Assembly (NCBI GenBank): GCA_964019425.1
Contig: OZ025783.1
Coordinates: 496,001-560,000, forward strand
Origin: Flectonema sp. DT1601
Lineage: Eukaryota
Length of the DNA: 64,000 bases
Direction: 5' to 3'
The notes under the pieces: generated by a model
Databases searched by the model: none
Told to the model about the DNA's origin: nothing
Seen by the model: the letters and a program-made list of their open reading frames with translations, nothing else
In this document: one piece after another, positions 25,079 to 35,845 of the stretch
Layout of the letters: each line of letters opens with the position of its first letter
Numbering within the stretch: position 1 is the first letter of the stretch
Translations under genes and position numbers: made by a program

Positions 25079-27340
25079 ATCTCCCTGCTATCCCTCATAT
25101 CCCCACAATAATATTATACCTTTTCATTTTCTCTTTCCTTTTCTGGTAATAGTTTCTTCTCCGACTACGTCGGTACAAAAAAAAAAGAATAAACAATGTT
25201 ATCATTGTTTTTTTTATCGATCGACTATGTCGATTACTTTCTATTTTCCGTCCTGGTCAAGACGCTAAACTGATTGTTTTTTTTTTTTTCAAAATTAATA
25301 AAAAAGAATACAAAAAAAAAAAATAAAAAATAGAATAAACAATGTTATCATTGTTTTTTTTTTATCGTTCGACTTTGTCGACTAATTTCTATTTTCCGTT
25401 TTTTTCTTTAAAAATAAATAAAAAGAATTTAAAATAATAAAAAAAAAGAATAAACAATGTTATCATTGTTTTTTTTATCGATCGACTATGTCGATTACTT
25501 TCTATTTTCCGTCCTGGTCAAGACGCTAAACTGATTGTTTTTTTTTTCAAAATTAATAAAAAAGAATATAAAAAAAATAAAATAAAAAATAGAATAAACA
25601 ATGTTATCATTGTTTTTTTTTTATCGTTCGACTTTGTCGACTAATTTCTATTTTCCATTTTTTTTTCTTAAAAATAATAAAAAGAATTTAAAATAAAAAA
25701 AAAAGAATAAACAATGTTATCATTGTTTTTTTTATCGATCGACTATGTCGATCACTTTCTATTTTCCGTCCTGGTCAAGACGCTAAACTGATTGTTTTTT
25801 TTTTCAAAATTAATAAAAAAGAATATAAAAAAAAAAAAATAAAAAATAGAATAAACAATGTTATCATTGTTTTTTTTTATCGTTCGACTTTGTCGACTAA
25901 TTTCTATTTTCCGTTTTTTTTCTTTAAAAATAAATAAAAAGAATTTAAAATAAAAAAAAAGAATAAACAATGTTATCATTGTTTTTTTTATCGATCGACT
26001 ATGTCGATTACTTTCTATTTTCCGTCCTGGTCAAGACGCTAAACTGATTGTTTTTTTTTCAAAATTAATAAAAAAGAATAGAAAAAAAAAATAAAAAATA
26101 GAATAAACAATGTTATCATTGTTTTTTTTTTATCGTTCGACTTTGTCGACTAATTTCTATTTTCCATTTTTTTTTCTTAAAAATAATAAAAAGAATTTAA
26201 AATAAAAAAAAAAGAATAAACAATGTTATCATTGTTTTTTTTATCGATCGACTATGTCGATCACTTTCTATTTTCCGTCCTGGTCAAGACGCTAAACTGA
26301 TTGTTTTTTTTTTTTTTTTCAAAATTAATAAAAAAGAATATAAAAAAAAATACAAAAAAAAGAATAAACAATGTTATCATTGTTTTTTTTATCGTTCGAC
26401 TTTGTCGACTAATTTCTATTTTCCGTTTTTTTTCTTTAAAAAATAAATAAAAAGAATTTAAAATAAAAAAAAAAGAATAAACAATGTTATCATTGTTTTT
26501 TTATCGATCGACTATGTCGATCACTTTCTATTTTCCGTCCTGGTCAAGACGCTAAACTGATTGTTTTTTCTTTAAAATAATAAAAAGGATTAAAAAAAAA
26601 AAAAAAAAAAAAAAAGAATAAACAATGTTATCATTGTTTTTTATCGATCGACTATGTCGATCACTTTCTATTTTCCGTCCTGGTCAAGACGCTAAACTGA
26701 TTGTTTTTTTTTTTTTCAAAATTAATAAAAAAGAATATAAAAACAAAATAAAAAAAAGAATAACCAATGTTATCATTGTTTTTTTTTTTATCGTTCGACT
26801 TTGTCGACTAATTTCTATTTTCCGTTTTTTTTTCTTTAAAAAATAAATAAAAAGAATTTAAAATAAAAAAAAAAGAATAAACAATGTTATCATTGTTTTT
26901 TTTATCGATCGACTATGTCGATCACTTTCTATTTTCCGTCCTGGTCAAGACGCTAAACTGATTGTTTTTTTTTTCAAAATTAATAAAAAAGAATATAAAA
27001 AAAAAAAAATAAAAAATAGAATAAACAATGTTATCATTGTTTTTTTTTATCGTTCGACTTTGTCGACTAATTTCTATTTTCCGTTTTTTTTCTTTAAAAA
27101 TAAATAAAAAGAATTTAAAATAAAACCATTCAGATTAACCTTATATTTCGTTGAACGCAGACAAAATCCTGTCGCACGGGGAAAATAAATCATGACCATA
27201 AGAAATAATCGGTTTTCAATCTGAATAGTTTCTTCTCCGACTACGTCGGTACAAAAACCATTCAGATTAACCTTATATTTCGTTGAACGCAGCTCATGAC
27301 CCATAGGGACCGCAAAGCGGAAAGAAAGAGAAAGAACATT

Positions 27341-29053
27341 TCACTCGAAGAACTTACATTGCTGAGGTAAACTAGGAAGGCTGATTCCCCCACCTGGCGC
27401 CTTGGTGCCCCGGGTGTACTCGTCCGCACGTTGAGAAGTGGTATCGACCCAGGTGCATCTCACTCGCAAATCAGCCGCGCCGGCTGTCTCATACAATGTG
27501 CACAACATCTCGTTCCCCATGAAGTTGGAGCTGTGGCCTTTGTTAATAGCAGCCACTGCCGCCGTGTTATCCACGCGCAAATCCAGAACGTGACCCGGCC
27601 GCAGTACCGCAGCCAGTCGAACCGCCTGGAGAGCGGCAAACATTTCCTTCAGGAATATATGATGTCTTGAAGAGGGAAAACAGCCCTGAATCACTTCCTC
27701 CGGAACAATCTCCAGCACCGCCGCCCACTCCAAATCCGAAGCATCCGACCACGCAGTCACTTCGGGGTTGTCAGGGACAGCTGAAACCCAGTCGTTCCGT
27801 CGAAGCACATCCAAAACTCCCGCAAGCTCTCGCAATACTGACGGACAGAGTGGTAACGATTCGTCCCACCCGTCTGGCCTAGCTGCCATCTCTCTCCCAG
27901 CTCTCCTTACGAATGCCAGCGTCGATCGCAAGAAACACAAACGGCGTCCCGTCGTGTACCAAAACCATACCAAGCCACCGAAGACCCGGTAAAATTCCCT
28001 CGCCGTCACGGGGCGTCCCCCCATCATCCGTCCCAACGTCTCTGAGGATAACATCTTCTGGACCCAGTCTGGCGCCGATCGATAACGTTGCGGTGTGGCT
28101 GACAAATCAAATTCCAAACCCAGAGCCACGAAGTTCGACTTCGGTTCACCAAACCCTTCAGCATCACTCAGACGGGCACCAACGTAATCCGCCCTACGTT
28201 TGAATTCCGAGTAACGCTGCGCGGTCTCCTCCTCCGACTCTCCCACTACGAAGAAGTTGTCCACCCACGCCACACCATCTGACTCCGGGAGCAGAACCAT
28301 CGCTGAACGATGCGCAATACACGGAGCCCAGCTCCACCCCATACACAGAGCCCGCAGCTTCGCACGCACGAAAGGACCTCTGGCGCCTCCCAAATTCACT
28401 CCGAAGTAATCGTCAACACCTCGTCCGAGAGGGAACTGGTAAAACCAACTCTTACCGTCGTCCTGAGCCACATAGCGTACAGAAAGGAAACGGGCTATCA
28501 CCGATCGGATCCCAGGCAAAAGCATCGGTGGCGGTGGTCGCATCAGACGATTCAATTTTCTTCCATCACACACGAGTCGTAGCCCTCTCGAACTCTTCGG
28601 TACCGTGAACGCCGGAAGTACGACCTTCTGCTGGCTCGTTCGCTCCACCACACCCCACTTCTCCAAGTGTTCCAAATGCCTCATCATATGCCTCGAAGTA
28701 CCACGGGACGCTGACCTGTCCGCCAACGCCTGCATCGCCTCAGGCAGAAATAAGGCCTCAAAAGCAGTTTCGTCTCGAATTACATCTAAGATTCCAGTCA
28801 AAATTCCTTCCGAGTCCAGCTCCACCAGTCTATCTAAATCTAGTCGGGACTCTGAAATCGGAGCTGAATTCGATAGAGTGGGAAGTAACGGACTGGGAGC
28901 TTTTGGCTCCTGCCCTATTCCCGATGTAAACTTTCTTTTTATTTTTTTTTTTTTAACAGGCCCAGAGGGCGACAATGACTGTTGCTGACCAAGGAATAAT
29001 ATTCAAATGAATTTTCGTTTCAAAGAAACGAACAGAATTAAGAGAGAGGCAGA

Positions 29054-29087
<34 letters not shown>

Positions 29088-29477
29088 AAAAAAAAAAAAA
29101 AAATATGAAGAGGAAATAATCAAACATGAAAAAAATAAAAAAAAATAAAATATAAATAAAAAACGTTGTATGAAAAAGGAAAAAAAAGAAGAAAAAAAAA
29201 AAAGACCAGAAAAGGAAAGAGAAAATGAAAAGGTATAATATTATTGTGGGGATATGAGTCAATCACCCGCCTCCCTGTCAGAAGGAGGGGAGACGTGACG
29301 GCCTCCGACAGCTACGGTCGCCACTCCCGAGTACGTCAGCATCACGTCCGGTGCACCAGACTCCTCCCCCAAACTCCTCGCCCTTGGCGGAGGTGGCGGG
29401 GGATCCGGCACTTTGTACTTCACTTGCGGTTCCAGCAGAGCCCTTGGCTGAGCAGGAAACGCGGGACAAAACGGCAT
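27341..29477 (-). CDS. Reverse transcriptase + RNase H (pol), interrupted by an S insertion at 28866-29258
   Basis: RT motifs LRLVCDGRKLN, QDDGKSWFYQF, LCMGWSWAP, WVDNF. RNase H motifs WSDAS, HIFLKEMFA, VDNTAA, RADEYTRG. The likely ATG at 29477 overlaps the YR stop. The track's N-terminus (MSPSGPVKKK) is S-derived. Confidence 0.9.
28866..29258 (-). mobile_element. Truncated family S terminal unit inserted in pol
   Basis: Matches the S terminal unit (e.g. ~39938-40319) and ends ctctatcgaattc on the minus strand. Confidence 0.9.
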
Positions 29478-30430
29478 TACAACTCGGTTCCCAGCTTCCA
29501 GGATGTCTCGGCTGACTGCCTCGCTACATGTGTCTTCCCGGCCGGAAGGTATCTCGCCAAGGCATCCAACGACGAGTGTCTGGAGAGCTGGCGTATCGAT
29601 TCCAGGCCTACTCCCTCCAGCAGTAAAGTGTGCAGTGCGCCCCTCCTCAGCGAGTGTCCCGACAGGTCCTTCCCCTCTCGTCTCAGAGCCGCCACTACCT
29701 TTCGGTAAGAAGTGTCCAGCAGCAAATCGCCCGGACTCAGTCCCGTCATTGCCGTCTGAAGCGCGTTCCTCCACTTGTCGGCCAGGTACAGTCCCGTAGT
29801 CCGTCCCAAGCGGAAGGGGTCTGACTTCGTTTCCGACCAGTTCACCGCCACGTATTCTCGTTCCAGAGTGATGTCTCCCACCTTCAATCGGATCACATCG
29901 GACACCCTTGCCGCGCCCGCCCAGCATAGTACGATCGCCAACTGTGTGTCCCTGTCTACTTCCTTCCGCACCGCCTCCATCACCTGCTCTCCCACGGCCG
30001 GTACCGCTTGACGTTGTGGACGGAGCGCGCCGGCTCTTTTTAAAGCTCTCACGTAATCGGTCAGCATCTGGCCTTCTACGATGGAAATTCCCGTCCTTCT
30101 CAATGCCGCTTGGGCCCGTCCTACGTATTCCAGCGCCGTTGAGTTCGAAATTGGACCCTCGGTCCGAGACCTCTGTCTCTCCACCCAGTAAATGATCGCC
30201 AGATCCCACGACAACAAGACTCCCGTCGTCGCGTGCCAACTGTTCCGAAACTGAATCAGCCGACGCTGTGCCGCCTCCAGCCCGCGCCACCTCGAGTGTG
30301 ATAGTGCATTTCCCACCATCTGAAGAGCCGACTTCGTCACAGTCATCGCCTTCGGCTTCGTCACCTCCTCCTCCGTCATTCTCGGTCGACCCACGTCTCG
30401 CACCGACAATATTCCCAGTCCCTCTAGCAT
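29477..30430 (-). CDS. Tyrosine recombinase (317 aa from ATG 30430)
   Basis: Catalytic set: AARVSD (R), ETKSDP (K), HSLRRG (HxxR), SRHSS (H), LARYL (Y). The ATG lies 5 nt after the gag stop. Confidence 0.92.
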   Translation of the reverse strand: MLEGLGILSVRDVGRPRMTEEEVTKPKAMTVTKSALQMVGNALSHSRWRGLEAAQRRLIQFRNSWHATTGVLLSWDLAIIYWVERQRSRTEGPISNSTALEYVGRAQAALRRTGISIVEGQMLTDYVRALKRAGALRPQRQAVPAVGEQVMEAVRKEVDRDTQLAIVLCWAGAARVSDVIRLKVGDITLEREYVAVNWSETKSDPFRLGRTTGLYLADKWRNALQTAMTGLSPGDLLLDTSYRKVVAALRREGKDLSGHSLRRGALHTLLLEGVGLESIRQLSRHSSLDALARYLPAGKTHVARQSAETSWKLGTEL

Positions 30431-30435
30431 TGACG

Positions 30436-31650
30436 TCAGTGCCGACTCTTCGTTGCGGGGGGCCTCTGTACCGGTCTTTGCGATGGCTTCTCCGTCTTCC
30501 CTTTTTTCACCCACATCTTCCGCAGAAAAGGTGGTACCGATGGCGCCACAAAGTGCGCATCTTCCATCTCCTGCGCCGCCGTCCAGCCTCCCCCCGTCAC
30601 TCCTTCTCTCAATATCTCCAAACGGGCGATGTTCTCCTTCACCATGTCCCTGATGAGTCGTTCCGCTTCTTCCAGGTTGTCGATGGATGGTAACCTTGCC
30701 ATCACTGTGCCGAGCTCTCGCAATCTGGCGTGTGCTTCGTGCGCTTGGGGACGGGCGTGGGCTCCTGCTTTTGCCTCCACCAGCTCGCGGTAGTGTTCCC
30801 GCTGGTGGACGTGCACTAACGATAAGTGCTCGGCGCTTCCTTCCCACCAGGCGTCCACGTCGATCGACGCCAGACCGCCCATCAGCGGTCCCCTGGTGAT
30901 TTCTTCCAGCTGATGATCGGAACCCACTCCGCCGGTCAGGTGGGCTCCATCGTTTCCCGTCCTTAGGTTCAGCAACTGATCCTGCAACACTCTCTTCTCC
31001 TCCTCGTGGCGTATCTGCCGACGCAGTGAGGCCAGATCCTCCTCTTCGATTCCGGGAGCTTGTGCCTGTGTCGGTGCGGGTAATGGTGATGGTGCTGGTG
31101 CTGGTGCCGGTGCGGTCAGCTTCGCTGTACGTCTCTCCAGCTCTAGCTGGGCTCGTAATCCAGCCAACTCCTTCTCGTGCTTGGCCTCTAACTGGGCTGT
31201 CCTCACTGCCGCCTCCGCTTCGTTCACCATCAGTCCACACTGGGCGCGGGCCGCATCTACCTGCCGTCCGGCTTGGGCCTCCGTCACCGCTACCCCCGCC
31301 TGGGCTCTGGCGTGGTCGACCTCTCTCCCCGCCATCGCCTGGGTCACGGCCACACCCGCCTGTGCCCGTACCGTCTCGATCTCCCTTCCCGCCTGCGCAT
31401 AAGTAACGGCTTGTGAGGCCGCTGAGTTGGTCGCCGCAATCGCGGCGTTTCCTTCTGCGTATAACGCCCGGATTTCTCCGGCGGCTGCTGCTTCTGTCGC
31501 CCTCGTGTGTGCCTCGGCGGTGTGGGCGGCTATCGCGGCCTGGGCCACGAGTACCGTGTTATCCACGGCCGACTGGGGTGCTAGTTGGGGCTGGCCCCTT
31601 CCGGCTCCAGCCGACAATTGCAGCACTGTATTTGGGTTGACTCCTGGCAT
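30436..31650 (-). CDS. Gag-like ORF1 (Ala-rich repeats, coiled coil)
   Basis: First ORF after repeat A1, 404 aa from ATG 31650, with three ~20-aa repeats. Assigned by position only. Confidence 0.75.
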   Translation of the reverse strand: MPGVNPNTVLQLSAGAGRGQPQLAPQSAVDNTVLVAQAAIAAHTAEAHTRATEAAAAGEIRALYAEGNAAIAATNSAASQAVTYAQAGREIETVRAQAGVAVTQAMAGREVDHARAQAGVAVTEAQAGRQVDAARAQCGLMVNEAEAAVRTAQLEAKHEKELAGLRAQLELERRTAKLTAPAPAPAPSPLPAPTQAQAPGIEEEDLASLRRQIRHEEEKRVLQDQLLNLRTGNDGAHLTGGVGSDHQLEEITRGPLMGGLASIDVDAWWEGSAEHLSLVHVHQREHYRELVEAKAGAHARPQAHEAHARLRELGTVMARLPSIDNLEEAERLIRDMVKENIARLEILREGVTGGGWTAAQEMEDAHFVAPSVPPFLRKMWVKKGKTEKPSQRPVQRPPATKSRH

Positions 31651-31765
31651 AGTTGTTTTTTCGTTGAACGCAGACAAAATCCTGTCGCACGGGGAAAATA
31701 AATCATGACCATAAGAAATAATCGGTTTTCAATCTGAATAGTTTCTTCTCCGACTACGTCGGTAC

Positions 31766-34700
31766 AAAAAAAAAAGAATAAACAATGTTATCATTGTTTT
31801 TTTTATCGATCGACTATGTCGATTACTTTCTATTTTCCGTCCTGGTCAAGACGCTAAACTGATTGTTTTTTTTTTTTTCAAAATTAATAAAAAAGAATAC
31901 AAAAAAAAAAAATAAAAAATAGAATAAACAATGTTATCATTGTTTTTTTTTTATCGTTCGACTTTGTCGACTAATTTCTATTTTCCGTTTTTTTCTTTAA
32001 AAATAAATAAAAAGAATTTAAAATAATAAATAAAAAGAATAAACAATGTTATCATTGTTTTTTTTATCGATCGACTATGTCGATTACTTTCTATTTTCCG
32101 TCCTGGTCAAGACGCTAAACTGATTGTTTTTTTTTTCAAAATTAATAAAAAAGAATATAAAAAAAAAAAAATAAAAAATAGAATAAACAATGTTATCATT
32201 GTTTTTTTTTTATCGTTCGACTTTGTCGACTAATTTCTATTTTCCATTTTTTTTTCTTAAAAATAATAAAAAGAATTTAAAATAAAAAAAAAAGAATAAA
32301 CAATGTTATCATTGTTTTTTTTATCGATCGACTATGTCGATCACTTTCTATTTTCCGTCCTGGTCAAGACGCTAAACTGATTGTTTTTTTTTTCAAAATT
32401 AATAAAAAAGAATATAAAAAAAAAAAAATAAAAAATAGAATAAACAATGTTATCATTGTTTTTTTTTATCGTTCGACTTTGTCGACTAATTTCTATTTTC
32501 CGTTTTTTTTCTTTAAAAATAAATAAAAAGAATTTAAAATAAAAAAAAAGAATAAACAATGTTATCATTGTTTTTTTTATCGATCGACTATGTCGATTAC
32601 TTTCTATTTTCCGTCCTGGTCAAGACGCTAAACTGATTGTTTTTTTTTCAAAATTAATAAAAAAGAATAGAAAAAAAAAATAAAAAATAGAATAAACAAT
32701 GTTATCATTGTTTTTTTTTTATCGTTCGACTTTGTCGACTAATTTCTATTTTCCATTTTTTTTTCTTAAAAATAATAAAAAGAATTTAAAATAAAAAAAA
32801 AAGAATAAACAATGTTATCATTGTTTTTTTTATCGATCGACTATGTCGATCACTTTCTATTTTCCGTCCTGGTCAAGACGCTAAACTGATTGTTTTTTTT
32901 TTTTTTTCAAAATTAATAAAAAAGAATATAAAAAAAATACAAAAAAAAGAATAAACAATGTTATCATTGTTTTTTTTTATCGGTCGACTTTGTCGACTAA
33001 TTTCTATTTTCCGTTTTTTTTCTTTAAAAAATAAATAAAAAGAATTTAAAATAAAAAAAAAGAATAAACAATGTTATCATTGTTTTTTTATCGATCGACT
33101 ATGTCAATCACTTTCTATTTTCCGTCCTGGTCAAGACGCTAAACTGATTGTTTTTTTTTTTTTTTTCAAAATCAAAAAAAATGAATAGAAAAAAAAAAAA
33201 ATAAAAAAATAGAATAAACAATGTTATCATTGTTTTTTTTATCGTTCGACTTTGTCGACTAATTTCTATTTTCCATTTTTTTCTTTAAAAAAAAAAAAAG
33301 GGAAAACCTACAGATCCACCCCCAGGTTTGGGGAAACGTACACTACGGTCACGGCCTTGTGTAACTTTTTTGACCCCTATATGCTCGATTCTTTGTTTTT
33401 TCCTTATCGATGGTAGGAATGGTAACCGAATTAGCTTCATGTGTCCAATTTCAAGGACGCGTGACCATTTATTTTTTTTCCGTTGCCGCTCTTCTTACGT
33501 CCCGAACGAATATTAAAAAAAAAAAAAAAAAAAGAATAAACAATGTTATCATTGTTTTTTTTATCGTTCGACTTTGTCGACTAATTTCTATTTTCCGTTT
33601 CTTTTCTTTAAAGAATAAATAAAAAGAATTTAAAATAAAAAAAAAGAATAAACAATGTTATCATTGTTTTTTTTATCGATCGACTATGTCGATCACTTTC
33701 TATTTTCCGTCCTGGTCAAGACGCTAAACTGATTGTTTTTTTTTTCAAAATTAATAAAAAAGAATATAAAAAAATACAAAAAAAGAATAAACAATGTTAT
33801 CATTGTTTTTTTTTTATCGTTCGACTTTGTCGACTAATTTCTATTTTCCGTTTCTTTTCTTTAAAGAATAAATAAAAAGAATTTAAAATAAAAAAAAAGA
33901 ATAAACAATGTTATCATTGTTTTTTTTTATCGATCGACTATGTCGATTACTTTCTATTCTCCGTCCTGGTCAAGACGCTAAACTGATTGTTTTTTTTTTT
34001 TCAAAATTAATAAAAAAGAATATTAAAAAAAATACAAAAAAAAAAGAATAAACAATGTTATCATTGTTTTTTTTTTTATCGTTCGACTTTGTCGACTAAT
34101 TTCTATTTTCCGTTTTTTTTCTTTAAAAAATAAATAAAAAGAATTTAAAATAAAAAAAAAGAATAAACAATGTTATCATTGTTTTTTTTTATCGATCGAC
34201 TATGTCGATTACTTTCTATTCTCCGTCCTGGTCAAGACGCTAAACTGATTGTTTTTTTTTTCAAAATAAAAAAAAAATATTAAAAAAAAAAAATAAAAAA
34301 AAAGAATAAACAATGTTATCATTGTTTTTTTTTATCGTTCGACTTTGTTGACTAATTTCTATTTTCCGTTTTTTTTCTTTAAAAAATAAATAAAAAGAAT
34401 TTAAAAAAAAAAAAAAAAAAAAAGAATAAACAATGTTATCATTGTTTTTTTTATCGATCGACTATGTCGATTACTTTCTATTTTCCGTCCTGGTCAAGAC
34501 GCTAAACTGATTGTTTTTTTTTCAAAATAAAAAAAAAAATATTAAAAAAAAAAAACAAAAAAAAAGAATAAACAATGTTATCATTGTTTTTTTTTTATCG
34601 TTCGACTTTGTTGACTAATTTCTATTTTCCGTTTTTTTTCTTTAAAAAATTAATAAAAAGAATTTAAAAAAAAAAAAAAAAAAAAAGAATAAACAATGTT

Positions 34701-35814
34701 ATCATTGTTTTTTTTATCGATCGACTATGTCGATTACTTTCTATTTTCCGTCCTGGTCAAGACGCTAAACTGATTGTTTTTTTTTCAAAATTAATAAAAA
34801 AGAATATAAAAAAATACAAAAAAAAGAATAAACAATGTTATCATTGTTTTTTTTTATCGTTCGACTTTGTCGACTAATTTCTATTTTCCGTTTTTTTTCT
34901 TTAAAAAATAAATAAAAAGAATTTAAAATAAAAAAAAAAAAGAATAAACAATGTTATCATTGTTTTTTTTATCGATTGACTATGTCGATTACTTTCTATT
35001 TTCCGTCCTGGTCAAGACGCTAAACTGATTGTTTTTTTTTTCAAAATTAATAAAAAAGAATATAAAAAAATAAAAAAAAAAAGAATAAACAATGTTATCA
35101 TTGTGTTTTTTTTATCGTTCGACTTTGTTGACTAATTTCTATTTTCCATTTTTTTTCTTTTTAAAAAATAAATAAAAAGAATTAAAATAAAAAAAAAAAA
35201 AAGAATAAACAATGTTATCATTGTTTTTTTTTATCGATCGACTATGTCGATTACTTTCTATTCTCCGTCCTGGTCAGGACGCTAAACTGATTGTTTTTTC
35301 TTTAAAAATAAATAAAAAGAATAAAAAAAAAAAAAAAAGGAATAAACAATGTTATCATTGTTTTTTTTTTATCGATCGACTATGTCGATTACTTACTCTT
35401 TTCCGTCCTGGTCAAGACGCTAAACTGATTGTTTTTTCTTTAAAATAATTAAAAAGATTTAAAAAAAAAAAAAAAAAAAAAAAAATGAATAAACAATGTT
35501 ATCATTGTTTTTTTTTCTATCGATCAACTATGTCGATTAATTTCTATTTTCCGTCCTGATCGAGACGCTAAACTGATTGTTTCCTTTTTTTAAATAATAA
35601 ATAAGAAAAAAAAAAAAAAAAAAAAAAAAGAGCATCTCCCTGCTATCCCTCATATCCCCACAATAATATTATACCTTTTCATTTTCTCTTTCCTTTTCTG
35701 GTCTTTTTTTTTTCTTTTTTTTACTTTTTCATACAACGTTTTTTATTTATATATATATTTTTTTTTTTTTTTTTTTTTCATGTTTGATTATTTCCTCTTC
35801 ATTTTTTTTTTTTC

Positions 35815-35845
<31 letters not shown>

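Larger units (their letters stand above)
16280..27125 (+). repeat. S satellite array with multiple nested insertions and terminal units
   Basis: Long run of alternating type-1 and type-2 monomers. Terminal units end at 22791 and 24681. Confidence 0.95.
27126..31765 (-). mobile_element. Tyrosine-recombinase retrotransposon (DIRS order), VIPER/TATE-type gag-YR-RT/RH order with split direct repeats
   Basis: Three ORFs. In sense order the repeats are A1 (31659-31765) ... B1 (27254-27292), A2 (27146-27252), B2 (27122-27160). GC-rich island in AT-rich satellite. Confidence 0.93.

Noticed and set aside
28866..28975. MSPSGPVKKK... as the true RT N-terminus
   Set aside because: It derives from the inserted S terminal unit, and the same peptide appears at other S ends.
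30431..31240. N-terminal ~270 aa of the 587-aa YR ORF
   Set aside because: This is an alternative frame of GC-rich gag with a non-ATG start. YR most plausibly begins at ATG 30430, though frameshift fusion is not excluded.
10376..35448. Poly-K/poly-F ORFs in the satellite
   Set aside because: These are translation artefacts of poly-A/T tracts.
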